From the NCBI GenBank assembly GCA_951406725.2, contig OX597824.1:50778001-50842000 (forward strand): a DNA stretch of 64,000 nucleotides. The letters run 5' to 3'. This DNA is from Octopus vulgaris (lineage: Eukaryota). Shown here one piece after another: positions 28,510 through 42,656 of this stretch; the first letter of the stretch is position 1, and the number at the start of each line of letters is the position of its first letter. The position numbers were made by a program, and so were the translations under genes. The notes beneath the pieces are model-generated. The model ran no database searches and was not told the origin of the DNA. It saw only the letters and a list, made by a program, of their open reading frames with translations.

Positions 28510-28613
28510 TATATATACATATGTGTGTATGCATATGTGTATGCGTGTATATATATGCATGAATACATATATGTATATATTTATATGTATGAATTCTTAC
28601 ATACTTTATACAT

Positions 28614-28658
<45 letters not shown>

Positions 28659-28682
28659 GTGTATATATTTATCTACCTTTCT

Positions 28683-28756
<74 letters not shown>

Positions 28757-29384
28757 TATACATTTAGAATGACTATTAAACGTAACCGATTATAATCAAG
28801 TTAACAACATTTTAAATGAAACTCTATTATATTAGTTTGTTTAGGAGTAACAATTCAGCGGTTTACACTTTAAAAGTTAAACTTGTTATGTAACCTGTTT
28901 AAGGACTTGCCTTAACAGTGCTTTACATTAGTGGTGCGTATTAAAGAAAACATCTTGAAATTTCAAAACTATTTAATGATTTCTTGTTTGTATTAAATAT
29001 TTGTAGACAATGTAATAGCAACTCATTAGCGCTAACTTCATTACTCAACATATGTATATGTATTAGTGTATTATTGTTTAAACGCTATAACATGAGGAGG
29101 AGGACAAGAATGAAAATATATGGATTCAACGTTGTAAACGATTGAAAAGGATTATGATTTGAGCTTGTAGGATCTGATTTCAATTCCTGTGTAAATACTA
29201 TTTCATTTGTGGTATTAATAGCTATGAAGAAAAAAATACGTAAGCTATGAGTTCACTATGGTGTCTGAATTAACGGGGGTCACTTACATGGCAGTCCCTA
29301 TATGCTAGAAATATTAAGCATTAACAAAAGTGATCTAAATTTCCGCATCTTCATGAAAACGGAAAGACATTTTGTAATATTGAT

Positions 29385-29592
29385 TTCAAATTTTGGTACA
29401 AGACTTGCAAGTTCGGGTGACGTATAAGTCAATTACATCAACCGCAGTGTTTAACTGGTACTTATTTTATCAACCCTAAAAGAATGAAAAGTGAAGTTAA
29501 CCTTGGCGAAATTTGAACACAAAACTTGAAGACTGACGAAATACTGCTAAGCGTTTTACCCGGCGTGCTAACAGTTCTGCCAGCTCGCCGCC
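29385..29592 (-). mobile_element. SINE family B (tRNA head, CORE-like)
   Basis: Minus strand GGCGGCGAGCTGGCAGAA.TGTTAGCACGCCGGG...GTTCAAATT.CGCC.AGG...GATAAAATAAGTACCAGTT. Confidence 0.85.
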
Positions 29593-30739
29593 TTTCTACG
29601 TATTTCTTAATATTAACAAAGATCCAGTGGTATGTTAGTAGTAAGCAGTTAAGTGGCCCATTATTGTTAGTAGTGGAATATATTTTTGAAAGAATAGACA
29701 TTAGTGTTTGACTATGCAGGTATACTCAACTACCACAGGGAGCTGGGTGAACGATAGAGTTAACTCCAACTTGATTTGAACCCGTAACCTAACAAAACAG
29801 AACTAAACATTAGCAAGCATTTAAGTCCAGGATTATACCTAATCTTCCGCTCCATTGCCTTAACCTGTGTCATTATATTTATTACATTGTGCTTGACACC
29901 ATGATGCGACCATAATTTCTTAGTGAACACAAAGCTATCAACCCGATTTAATTGCCTAATTAAAATCTAACAACTTCATTTACGTAGCAAGTACCTTAGG
30001 GAAACTACAAATATCACCCCACCCAATATTACGTGATACCCTTGTTCTTTATAAACATGTGCTATCCCATTTTTGTCTCAAATTATTAACGATAGAAAAC
30101 ACCGAGCTTGCAGTTTATGAAATTGGGTTTCGATTTCTGGTTATAACTCTTCCATTTCACTTCCCTCTCTTGGTGGAAATTATGAAAATTACATAACTGC
30201 ATCCCCCACAAAGCGTCTGGACCATTTCTGCTTTTGAAAAGAAATCCTTATATCAACCATAACATGACATGTGTGTCTAGGAGTTTAATTTCGCAACGAT
30301 GTTGTTCTGATTTCTACTTCAACAACGTTGCAACTTAGGAGAATCTCTTCTCCCATAGCATCGGCATGACTCAGGTCTTGTGAAAGAAATTGGGAAGACA
30401 AAAATGTACGGAATTCCGACGGATAAGTTGTTTGTTTATTCACTGCCGGAAAAAGTGAAATAAGCCCGTCATATATATGTATGTATATGTATATATATAT
30501 ATGCATATGTGTGAGTGTATAAACATATACATCTTCAGATGTGGATGGGCACTTTGAGCAAGTACCATCTATTATAGCCCAGGGCCGACAAAATCCTAAG
30601 AGTAGATTAGATAGACGGAAACTACAAGTAGCTCACCTTATGTACGTGCGTTTGTATGTATGCGCGCGTGTGTGTAGGTAGGAATGTTCGTATACACACA
30701 AATATACATATATATATATATATTTGTATGTATACGAAC

Positions 30740-30792
<53 letters not shown>

Positions 30793-31289
30793 ATCTTTAA
30801 ATCCTTAAAATCCTTAAAAAAGTTTTAGCCCGAAGGCCGCGGCCATGCTGGGGCAAAGAAAAATGAATTTATGGATGCATAAATAATTTATTTGTATGAT
30901 GTTATGAGGTGTTTTCGTCAGAATATATATATATATATGTATAAGTACATTCCTACCTACCTACCCCACATATACACATACGCACACACACACATATATA
31001 TGCATTATATACATATACATGTATATAATATGTATATATGTGGGTGCATATATATATGTATATGTGTATATATGAATATATATGTACTTGTACTTGTGCA
31101 TTCCTTTGACATCAGTAATAATTGTAAGCAAGTGTTACTGTCACGAGTCTTTTTTTCGAATCTTACATGTAAACCTGTTTGGGCACAGTGAACGGAATCT
31201 GTCTGAATCACGCGAAAATGCAAAAGTGGTTGTTTCACACACACACACACACATATACATATATATATATGAAACATTATTTACACTAT

Positions 31290-32135
31290 TTACATTTGAC
31301 GGATGTTTGTCCTCATCTTGTTGTTAACACAACGTTTCGGCTGATGTACTCTCCGGCCTCCATCAGGGTTCTCATTCCAGGGTTCTTATTCCGATGTTAT
31401 TATTATTATTCAGGTCACTGAATCGATTTCGGAATCTTGGGGTTAGTACTATTAACTACTACACCATATGCCCGTTGGCAATTATGGAGTGAATTTCAGG
31501 GCTTATAAATCTAATATGTTCCTATCCTTCCTTAATACCGGTTCCCATATGCTACTCATATCTGCACTCGGTCTGCTTAGGAAGTTGTTGTGTCCTAGCA
31601 TATGTGCTGCTTCTTTTAGTTTTTGTATTTTCCAGTGGTGTTCTCTGTCTACTATTTTAACTTCATTCCACAGGAGTAGGTGGTCTCCGTTTTTCCATAA
31701 GTGATCAGCTATACCTGATTTATCAATATCTCCTCATGTCACAGGTTTGCGATGTCCCTCTATCCTTATTTTGAGGGGCAGCATGTTTCATCTTTGTATA
31801 ATCTACCACAGCTGCATGGGATGGAGTACACTCAGTCGTTAGTCATATTCTCTTCTATTGGTGGTTTTACTCGAAGGAGATTTTGCGAAGTGTTGTATTA
31901 CTCTTGAATACTGTCCTGGTGTCATATGGGCCGCATATCTTTTGTATCTTTTCGGAGAGACCTTTCAGATAGGGTAGACAAACTGTAGACAGTTTGTTGG
32001 TTTCATCCTCTCTTCTCTCCATAATTGGAGTGGATATTATGTTTTGGGGGTAGTTGTTGCTTAATAGATTGTTACTGAGCTTGATCATTTCTTCTTAGTG
32101 TTTATCAGGATCGCTTCTTATATTCTTTGCTCGAC
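31290..32135 (-). mobile_element. Penelope-like retroelement 3' remnant (RT C-terminus/linker, GIY-YIG endonuclease, 3' region with degenerate hammerhead)
   Basis: VCLPYLKGLSEKIQKI...VFKSNTTLR, then VYSIPCSCGRLYKDET, KIRIEGH, SGIADHLWKNGDH, LKEA; CTGATGG-AGGC...GCC-GAAA-CGTT at 31330-31368. Confidence 0.88.
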
Positions 32136-33461
32136 ATACACACACGCACGCGCGCACGCACGCACACACACACACGCATGCGCGCGCACCCCCCACACGA
32201 TTGCTAACCTTTATCAATGGTTTTTCCCTTTGTTTTGAGATATCATTTTTTAAATCATTAATAGAAGTGTCGGTATTTTGACGATTCGAGTATGCTAATT
32301 ATATATTAATATATACACACGCATATTCATGCATACATACACACACACGCGCGCACACACACACATTTGTACATATGTATGTATGTATGTATGTAGCAAA
32401 TACGTAAATGGGAGGGTGGAACGCGCCTGTACATACGTATAGGATGAAAAACAAGTTTTCCGCAGTAGAGCGACGGACACTGACGAAAACTAAATGTACG
32501 AAACCATCGCTTTATTTATCTGTTTGCCATTTCGTCTATATCTTTCTTTCTCCACTGTGATCAACTTCGCAATCGGTAAAATAGAATGCTAGTCACTCAT
32601 TCGTGTCGATGTATTTTTATATCATGCATCTTAGAGTAAATGGAATTATAACAGAACTCTAACGCAGTCATGGTCGTTATTTGAATCTTATTCTTTCTCT
32701 ATTACTTTTCTTTCCTCGCATTATCGTTATTAACTCTTCTCTTTTTCTCATTCTTTCTTTAGCCCCACCACTTCTCACTCCCCAAATTATATCTTCGTCT
32801 TTCATTTGTTTTCTTTATATTCTATACACTCCTCATACCTCTGCACCTCACTCTCTCTTGTTCTTTCATTATCTCTTGTAACCTCTACAGTAAGTGGTCA
32901 GTTGAAAGATTTAACGTTCTGCCACCATCAGAATTGTTTAAATGGCTTTATCCATTAGAAAATAATCATCTCGTAGATTGGCCCGATAATAATATTAACA
33001 AGAAAATGATTTTTCAGCTTCGAAGCGATTATCAATTTGATGACTGCTGAACTATTTCTCTCGCCGGAAGCAAGTATAAACTTCACTACACTGTATTCCA
33101 AACACAAGTCAGTTTATGTTCCACCATTGCTCATATGAAGAATGAACTTGGAAAGAGAAAATCTCACAAGCGGAAGCATATCGATGGCCATAAACATTAA
33201 AACTTTCGTTCATTTTTATTTGCTTCGTTTACGGTATATCGGCCATTTCAAGAAACGTCTATTGAGAAACCCGGAGTCTTGAAATAGTCATTAAATACAC
33301 CTACGAAGACGATGAGAACAACGAGAACGTTGGGACAATGACAATGACAATGATAATGATGATGATGATGCCGATACTAACAACAACAACAACCATAGCA
33401 AGAACAATATTATTTTCTTTTGAATAAATATAGAACTAAATTTTTACCTTTTTGTTCTTGC

Positions 33462-33512
<51 letters not shown>

Positions 33513-34872
33513 GAACCAAGGGAGAGAGAAACAAGAGAGAGAGAGAGAGAGAAACAGAGGGATAGAAAGAGAGAGAGAATCACAGAGAGAGACAATATGA
33601 TTGGTTTAAATGATCAGCAGAATATTTGACCATTATTATCATACTGGTATCGACTTAGAGGTAAAAGAGACAAAACAACGAAGTATAGTCATTATCATAC
33701 TAGAATAACTTTTACTGTATATATGCGCTCCAACAACCTATGAGAAGGTACTTAGTCCCAGGACTTGACTCATATTTAAAGTCCCTAGAGACTATGCTTA
33801 ATTTATTTCGTCGAACCCCAAGACAACCTTCAAATTTTCGTCACACATTTCTTCCACAAAAATCTCTTTAAACTGTCAGTTTGGACATTCCACTGTGCTG
33901 TGTTGTATCTTACTAAGACCTCTACGCCTTACAATTACAAGCGGTAAAACATTTGAGGAGACGATTCTGAAATACTTGGAGAGGTTGTTTAGCAAAATGC
34001 TAAGTACACTTCAACGTATTGGATTTAAACAATGAAAACCGACAGAAACGTAGAAAGAATTGTAATGAAAACAGTTTGTAATTTCTCTTCTCTCTCAAAG
34101 CTATTCTACACCACTCTAATAAACATTTCTACCACTCCACAATTCACCACATCTCATATAAGAGATGTGTTTTCCGCCCTTTTTCTGCAAAATATAAATA
34201 CTATTGTAATAAAATAAAATAAAAAGATTTTTAAAAAATGCTTCATCAAACATGTCAGCAATTGTTGTCTTTTTTTAAAGAGCAGTGACATCTAGTGGGA
34301 AAATATTAATATCCTGTTTGTACATGCTTGTGTTCGCTCTCCCTCTATATGAGTACACGTGTGTTTGCGTTTATCCGATTATCTATATTTTTATATGTGT
34401 GAGTGCGCGCGTGTGTATGTTTATATATTTGCTTTAGGTAATAATACTGGGATGAAGAGAGAAATCCGGTATTCGATTGTTGTCCAGGGTAAAGGATTAA
34501 GAATTGTGTGCAGAAGGAAAAGGAAGAGAACGGTTTTCGGATGGAGCAGAAAGTGAAATAAGAATAGTGATGTTGATGTAGGAGGTGGAGGGTGGTTCAG
34601 TTTTATTTTATTGTATATTGAGTGAAAAACATTCTCACCCGCAAAGGACCTAGATACTTGCCAGTTCCAGTAAGCTTCAAGTCATTTGCTACAATCGTTA
34701 ACAAATTCCTTCCTTACTTTTCTTCTGCTCTCATTATTTGCTATTCAGTCAAATAATTGACTAATAGGGTATTCTTTTTCTTTAGTGTGCCTTTATTAAG
34801 GGTTCAAGCGATCTTAGCATTCTCTCAATGATTCTATATTTTTGGATGTTGTGTGTTGTTATAAGGCAATTC

Positions 34873-34939
<67 letters not shown>

Positions 34940-35412
34940 GAAAGAAAAGGTAGAGAGGGATTAATACTTAACACATTGTAATTATCGCTGTACGAAATGG
35001 GAAAATTTTCGGTCGAAATTATGTTAATATATTGTCTCAGACTTGGCGATTGTTCGATAAGACAATAAAGGAATAAAAAATATTGAATAGAGAAGGAGGA
35101 TTTGTGAATGGAGAGATGTGTGAAAGGGAAGAACGAATTAGTCTTACATAAGCTATTTCTATAAAATACATGTGTAGTCTGTTGAAGCAAGGGCATTCAT
35201 TTTGAGAAAAACTTAATACAATCAATAATTATGTGGAAATTGCTTTACCGATCTCGACGAAGGATGAAGTCGATCCTGAGACATATCGATTCAGATCACA
35301 AGAGTATGTATGGAATATTGTAATTATTTAGCCCGATTTTCTGTCGAATTTATCATCCTTAGACCTACTACTACTACTACTACTACCACCACTACCACCA
35401 CCACCAATAATT

Positions 35413-35607
35413 GTTTGAAATTTTGCTACAGGGCCAGCTGTTTTTCTAAGAGAGGAATAGGCCGATTATATCGACTCTAATGTTCGACTTGTAGCTATTT
35501 CATCTACCAGAAAAGAATGGATGGCAAATTAGACCTAAGCGGAATTTGAACTAAGAACATAAAGAGCCTGAAGAGCACTTTTTTTTGACGCTCAAACGAT
35601 TCTGCCG
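35413..35607 (-). mobile_element. SINE family B, degenerate
   Basis: AAATTTTGCTACAGGGCCAGC...GGAATTTGAACT.AGAAC...ACGATTCTGCC, similar to 54644-54803. Confidence 0.65.
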
Positions 35608-35958
35608 AATCTTTTTCTTTATGAACGATAAAAGTTCGAAGAGATTAAGAAAAATACAAACAAACATCACACAAGTGGCTTTCATAAACGTGTTAGGTTG
35701 AGTTATAAAATTTAGGAATTCTTTAAATATACAGATTTAATTAAAATCTTATGCTGTCTAATTATTTACATTCATTCCTACTTCTACAAAGGCCTTACAA
35801 AGATGTGTTGTATTAAGTTATAGAAAATACAATGGCGAAAGATGGCGTTGTTATACAATATATAAAGGGATGATTTAAAATTTATATGAAACGAGGAATG
35901 TTTACAAGAAATAAAGAAAAAATGTGATAAAACACAAGATTCGAAAAAGATATTTACA

Positions 35959-36315
35959 GGCGCGGCTATGTAGTAAGTCATTTGCTTCCCAACCACAAAG
36001 TTCGGGATCCAGTGCCACTGTGTGGCACTTTGGGCAAGGCTACTATAGCCCCGGGTCGACCAAAGCTTTGTAAATGGATTTGGTAGGCGGAAACTGAAAG
36101 AAGCTTGTTGTGTGTATATATGTGTGCGTGCGCGCGCACGCGTGTGTGCGCATGTGTGTGTGCCTTTGTGCCCGTGTTTAACTCCCACCACCGCTTGACA
36201 ACCGGTGTTAGTGTGTTTACGTACCCGTAACTTAGCGGTTCGGTAAAAGTGACAGCTGGAATAAGTACTAGGCTTTAATATATAAGTCCTGGGGTCGATT
36301 TGTTCGACTAAAACC
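35959..36315 (+). mobile_element. SINE family A
   Basis: Head GGCGCGGCTATGTAGTAAG..., CGTAACTTAGCGGTTCGG, AAGTCCTGGGGTCGATTTGTTCGACTAAA. Confidence 0.88.
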
Positions 36316-37217
36316 CAACATTCCTGATTTAGCATCCGCTTTACTAACACCCTGTATTGTCTATAGCAGTTGTCGTCTTAGGATTAAAAACCTCCATAAT
36401 GTTCTTGTGTTTTGCTTTTATTCCTACGAAATTAATGCACAAAAAGCTCTTAGTAGACTTTTACTGACATCTGTGTAACGAGTGAGCCACCTAACTTGGT
36501 TTCAAGGCCTGTCAGCAGCCTCTGGAGGACTCAGTTGGGACATTGTTTTGTTGAATTTGTGGGCTCATGACCAATTATACCTGACCAAAACTTACATAAA
36601 GACAGACCCTCTCTCTATATTGTACTAAGAATGTTACAACTAGTCAAGGATCAATATCGTCACCTATGCATCTGACGTAGATTTTTGTGTACTTCCTTCT
36701 CAAATACTGTGAGACCAGCTTATGGGCTAGTTTGTCTCGGAAAATTTTGGGTTTATGCTTTAGTCCCGGTCTCTGTTTTAAAGTTGGCCTCTCCTACCTA
36801 GTACTTGCTATCTTTCCCAGTATCTGCTACTTTTTCGCGGTATTTGCTACCACTCCTAGTAAAGAAGATTTCATTAAAAATAAGTTATCATAGACACACA
36901 ATGCGTGACAGAAGACAAATAACAGCCTCGTGATTGCGAAACAAACTTTTCATCGATCCAGTGAATCCTACATCGGAAGTAAAATGCATTCATTTATAAT
37001 CCGAGTTTCTTCACATTATATATTATCTTCTCTTGTACACAGAAAACAACATAATGTCATTGTGACAAAAAAAAAAGAAGAAAAAATACATTGGAAAGCC
37101 ACTGTAGCTGATTTGCTTTACGAAGGTGCCATTCCATTTTACAAATATTGTCTTTCTCAGTCTGTCTATCTCTCTTCCTCTCTGTGTGTGTGTGTGTATG
37201 TGTGTGAGTGTGTGTGA

Positions 37218-37272
<55 letters not shown>

Positions 37273-37550
37273 AATATACATGCAGGTACACTATACACAC
37301 ACAAGCGCACGGACACATAGAAGCGCTGCGTCGTCTGTGTATGTGTGTATATGTGTATGTGTATATTTGCTTCTATATGTACATACATATACACACGCAC
37401 TCATATCCGCCCGCTTATTCACTGAAATAACATTCAGCTTTCCTTAACTACAAAATAAGTCTTCAACACTAAAGACACGGACAAAACAAAAACAAAATAA
37501 AGCAACAATTATTTTTCTTTCTTTCTTTCTTTCGTTCTTTCTTTTTCGAT

Positions 37551-37610
<60 letters not shown>

Positions 37611-38494
37611 CCTGTCTATTTTTCTTCCTGCCTATCTATCCCCTAACATCAATAACCACCACTACAACCACCACCACCGTCACCATCACTAACAACAACA
37701 ATAACAACAGCATCACAGCGGAAGCATATATTACTGCATGTGCACAGTTGCCTCAAATGCGATCTCATGACAGAGTTACTTTGAGCATTGGTATCTTACA
37801 TCAAGAAAATCATTATTCCTCACCACCACCAATACTACAAACACCACCCTCGCCATCATCTTCATTACTAACATTTGCAATACTCTCACAACCATCTTCA
37901 TCTCCAACAGCATCAGCATTACTGTCAACACCGTCACCACCACCAAAAACCGCACTCACCACAACTACTATCACTACCACCTCCACTGTAACAATAAAAA
38001 GAACCAATACTCGAACCGACATCGGTTTCACTATACCCCTTTTTTTCCTCTGCTTCTTCTGCTCTTCGTACCTTTCTATCAATTTACATTTATGTCACTG
38101 ACCCTATACTTTCCACTCCAACTCAGATCAACACTTTTACCCACCAACTCCGCGGTACGTCAACGAAAACCAATGATCCATTGATCTACTAAAATAGTTA
38201 GTCATCGTCTTTGATCCGTGGTTCCAGGCGATGCCTTATCACCTACCGATTCAGCTTCACCTATCGAGCCATTCTTTAACACAATACACCCATACGTACT
38301 GTCAAACTTCTACACAATCTGCCCTCAACAGTGATCCACGCTTCTACTCAACCCATCTCTCATCCATTCTCAATTTCTCCGCAAAATTTATCCGTTCACT
38401 GGAAATGTTATTTATTGCTTGCAATAACAATACTCATTAGAATCAAGAAAATTACACGAAATAAACGAAATGCAACACTATTTATCATTGTTTT

Positions 38495-38524
38495 TGTTGT
38501 TATTGTTATTATTATTATTATTAC

Positions 38525-38615
<91 letters not shown>

Positions 38616-38668
38616 TTCATTATTATCATTATTGTTATTGCTATCGTTATTGTTATTATTGTCATTAT
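38495..38668. repeat. (TTA)n microsatellite
   Basis: Directly visible. Confidence 0.95.
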
Positions 38669-39085
38669 AATGTCAGCGGTAAACTCATCTCTGAAGAAAA
38701 TCGCAGAAGCGAAAATAAAGAAATCAAAAACAAAAAAACAAACAAAAGAGAAAGAAAGCGGGAAAATAAGAAAGAAAGAAAACAAGAAAGAAAGAAAACT
38801 GCACCTCTTACAGTTTCCGGTCACATGGTAAGAGTACTTGTAGCCTTGAGAAAGAGCATCCGGTCACATGAGCGAATACACAAGTCTTTCAGTTTGCTGA
38901 AGTCAACTGTTCGATTATTCTGACGTCCTTTCCACCATATTTATTCATATGAAGTGGGAGACGCTTGTACTCCTTTGTTTTCTTGCGAGTCACACTACTT
39001 TTTTAAAAGATGCTACACGATTTGTTTGGTGACAGCAAATATTAGTTCCTGGCGATATATGCATATCATGCATGTATATATGTAA

Positions 39086-39145
<60 letters not shown>

Positions 39146-39285
39146 TTATGTGTGTGAATGTGTGTGTGGAAATTTGTATATGCATGTCATATCATTTCTC
39201 TGTGTCCTCAGTGGGCGTGTGCACATGTTGTTCACGGAGATGCGTGCGTGTATGTGCATGCATGTGTATATAAGAGAGAGAGAGA

Positions 39286-39317
<32 letters not shown>

Positions 39318-39604
39318 GAGAGAGAGAGATAGAAAGAGAAGGAGAGACAGAACTATATGTATATGTGTAGCATTGGTATAATACATTTGTCTGTGCAGAG
39401 ATTTGTATGAGTGGAAACATGCATACGTATATAAATTCGTACCGGCTTATACATACATACATACACACATACATTTACATACACAGTCTTTTATACAGAG
39501 GTATCCATGTTAAAAGGGTATAAATACTGCTGTAATTTCATTATTCTCCTTCCACTGAGTTAAATGCATGTATGTCTAAATACATACATGCATACATACA
39601 TACA

Positions 39605-39638
<34 letters not shown>

Positions 39639-39699
39639 CATACATGCATACATACATACATATATAAATATGTATATATATAACTATATATATATATAT

Positions 39700-40012
39700 T
39701 CTTTTATTTTTTATTCTTTTATTTGTTTCAGTCATTTGACTGCGGCGATGCTGGATCACTGCCTTTAGTCGAAGAAATCGTCCCCAAGACTTATTCTTTG
39801 TAAGCCTAGTATTATTATATCGGTCTCTTTCGCCGGACCGCTAAGTTACGGGGACGTAAACACACCAAGATGGGTTGTCAAGCGATGGTGGGGTGGGGGA
39901 CAAATACACAAACATATACATATACGTATTTCAGTTTCCGTCTACAAAATCCAAACACAAGACTTTGGTCGGCCCGTGGTTTTAGTAGAAGACACTTGCC
40001 CAAGGTGTCACG
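39700..40012 (-). mobile_element. SINE family A, 5'-truncated
   Basis: TTGTTTCAGTCATTTGACTGCGGC...CTAAGTTACGGGGACGTAAACACACC...GACACTTGCCCAAGGTG. Confidence 0.88.
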
Positions 40013-40244
40013 CATAAGTAACAGAATGACTCAAAGTGCGAGAATTTCATGCATTGGCGCTTAGCTTCATAAATGCCAAAGCATGAAATTCGTAGCTTGA
40101 GACACCCTGTTATTTCTGTTAAATATTAATATATACACACACATATACTCATATTCTGAATTGTATTTTTCCTGTTTGCATCAACATGTCCGTATGTATA
40201 TATATATATATATATATATATAAGATTTCGATATAAGATTTCCA

Positions 40245-40362
40245 TAGAATAGGCAACAGGCTTAAAACGTAAGTACTGGAATCGATTCATTCGACTATAA
40301 ATTTTTCAAGGTGATGCTCCAGCATGGCCGTAGTCGAAGGACTGAAATAAGTAACAGATAAA
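40245..40362 (+). mobile_element. SINE family A 3' fragment
   Basis: GGTGATGCTCCAGCATGGCCGTAGTCGAAGGACTGAAATAAGTAA. Confidence 0.7.
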
Positions 40363-40412
40363 CAGTATATGTATCAAATATACAGATATATATATATATA
40401 TACGTACATACA

Positions 40413-40436
40413 CATGCCATACACACTCACAAACAA

Positions 40437-40501
<65 letters not shown>

Positions 40502-40670
40502 ATTGTTTGTGAGTGTGTATGGCATGGTGGTTACCGCCCGTTGATAAGGGACAAAAATCCCGAAACTAGTCAAAGACTTGTTTTATTTATATTCCTGAGT
40601 GCCATACTAATACAATTGTTTGTTTGTACTCCACCTGCCTTCGTCTTTTATTTATTTTCATAAAGCTTCC
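40413..40670 (+). mobile_element. 114-bp palindrome followed by a degenerate hammerhead element (H1-like)
   Basis: CATGCCATACACACTCACAAACAATC(AC)n-ATAT-(GT)nGATTGTTTGTGAGTGTGTATGGCATG; then TTGATAA-GGGA.CAAAAA.TCCC-GAAA-CTAG-TC; downstream TTCCTGAG.G.CA.ACTAATACA shared with H1. Confidence 0.6.
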
Positions 40671-40671
40671 C

Positions 40672-40772
<101 letters not shown>

Positions 40773-41282
40773 TCTGTGTATGCACGTATATGATGCAATT
40801 TCAATACCTGAAATGGAACAAAATATATGAGTTGCAACAATAATCCCAAAGCAACTAAGAGAAGAATAAAAAAAAAATCAAATAAATATTAAGACTACAT
40901 TATTTCTATGTTCTATGATTCATTCTTCGTACGTTGTTTTAATACATTTCATCCTTACATGTCATCTTGCATTTCTTCTTAGTATATCATTATTATCGTC
41001 GTTGTATTCATCATCGTCATCATCCTTATATTCTCATTATTATCATCACCTTTGTCATCGTCGAAGCTGCCGCTTAAGTTATTCTCGTCGTCGTCATTAT
41101 TATCATTATTTTTATTACTATTATTGTTATTGGTGTTCCTCATCGGTCGCCCTTGTGGCAAATAAATGAAATCATTATTATTATTATTATTTCTTTTTCT
41201 CTCAAGTTTTGTTGGACGTTTTTGCATGTATACATACATGCATACATACATACATATATATACATGTATGCATATATATATG

Positions 41283-41346
<64 letters not shown>

Positions 41347-41394
41347 TGTGTATGTGCGTGTACACGCACACACACACATACACACACACACATG

Positions 41395-41724
41395 ATAGAT
41401 ACAATAGAAAAGGTTCAAATCAGGCAGACTGCGATTAACACACATATATATATATACGGGTTGAAAAAGGATAAAATAAGAATTGTCCAATCTGAAACAT
41501 ATTTTATCTATATTTTATTATTATTATTATGTTGACATGCATGTATCTCTAGGTCCATGTATATTTTTAGTTTTCATATATCTTTATATTTCTATATTTT
41601 TATATTTCTGATATATCAATATATGTTTCAGATTGGACAATTCTTATTTTATCTTAATTAAACCCGTATATATATATGTGTTATTCGTAGTCTGCGTGAT
41701 TTGAACCTTGTCTATTGTATCTAT
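41395..41724. repeat. Inverted repeat, arms about 105 bp (41395-41502 and 41621-41724)
   Basis: AGATACAATAGA.AAGGTTCAAATCA.GCAGACT...GATAAAATAAGAATTGTCCAATCTGAAACATAT and its reverse complement. Confidence 0.85.
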
Positions 41725-41817
41725 TATACTTGTGTAGCATCTCGGGTTCAACTTGAGCATTTCTACGTTGTTTTTCGAAAGAAAATTATAATTTTATATA
41801 TATATATATACATATTC

Positions 41818-41999
41818 ACTTGTTTCAGTCATTTGACTGCGGCCTTGCTGGAGCACCGCCTTTTAGTCGAATAAATCGACCCCAGTACTTATTCCTTGTA
41901 AGCCTGGTACATCAGTTTCTTTTGCCGAATCGCTTAGTTACGAAGGCGTATACACACCAAACTTGGTTGTCAAGTGATGGTAGGGAGACGAACACAGAG

Positions 42000-42053
<54 letters not shown>

Positions 42054-42410
42054 AATATAAGAGAGTGGTCACTATATGGCTCATATAGTGACCACTCTCT
42101 TATATTTATTTTGTAAAAATATTATAATATATTATAAAATATTATAATAATCCACGTTTCTCGGAGCACTAGGCCACTTGGTGTAGAATAGATATACTAT
42201 TAAATTAGTATCTAATTCTCTCACCCTTATTAATTAATTATATATATATATGTATACACGACGGGCTTTTTCAGTTACCGTTTGCCTAATTCAGTCTTTG
42301 GTCGGCCCGATGCTATAGTAGAAAACACTTGCCCAAGGTGCCACGCAGTGGGACTGAACCCGGAACCATGTGGTTGGGAAGCAACCTTCTTACTACACAG
42401 TCACTCCTGT
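41818..42410 (-). mobile_element. SINE family A split by a hairpin-bearing insertion in its internal TA repeat
   Basis: 3' half at 41818-42000 and 5' half at 42255-42410; insert 42048-42240 contains a 30-bp-arm hairpin. Confidence 0.85.
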
Positions 42411-42570
42411 ACATACATAATACGTGTGTGTGTGTGTGTACATGTGTGTGTGTATTATATACCTACTTACACACATATATTTTGTACGTATACATATATA
42501 CAAATACATAATGTGCGTGTATATGTATCTCTATCTGTCTATCTGTCTATAGACAGACAGACAGACAGAC

Positions 42571-42656
<86 letters not shown>

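Noticed and set aside
32880-33200. Possible exon after TTTTTCAG (33010-33017)
   Set aside because: All frames close within about 45 codons, with no recognisable protein and no clear donor
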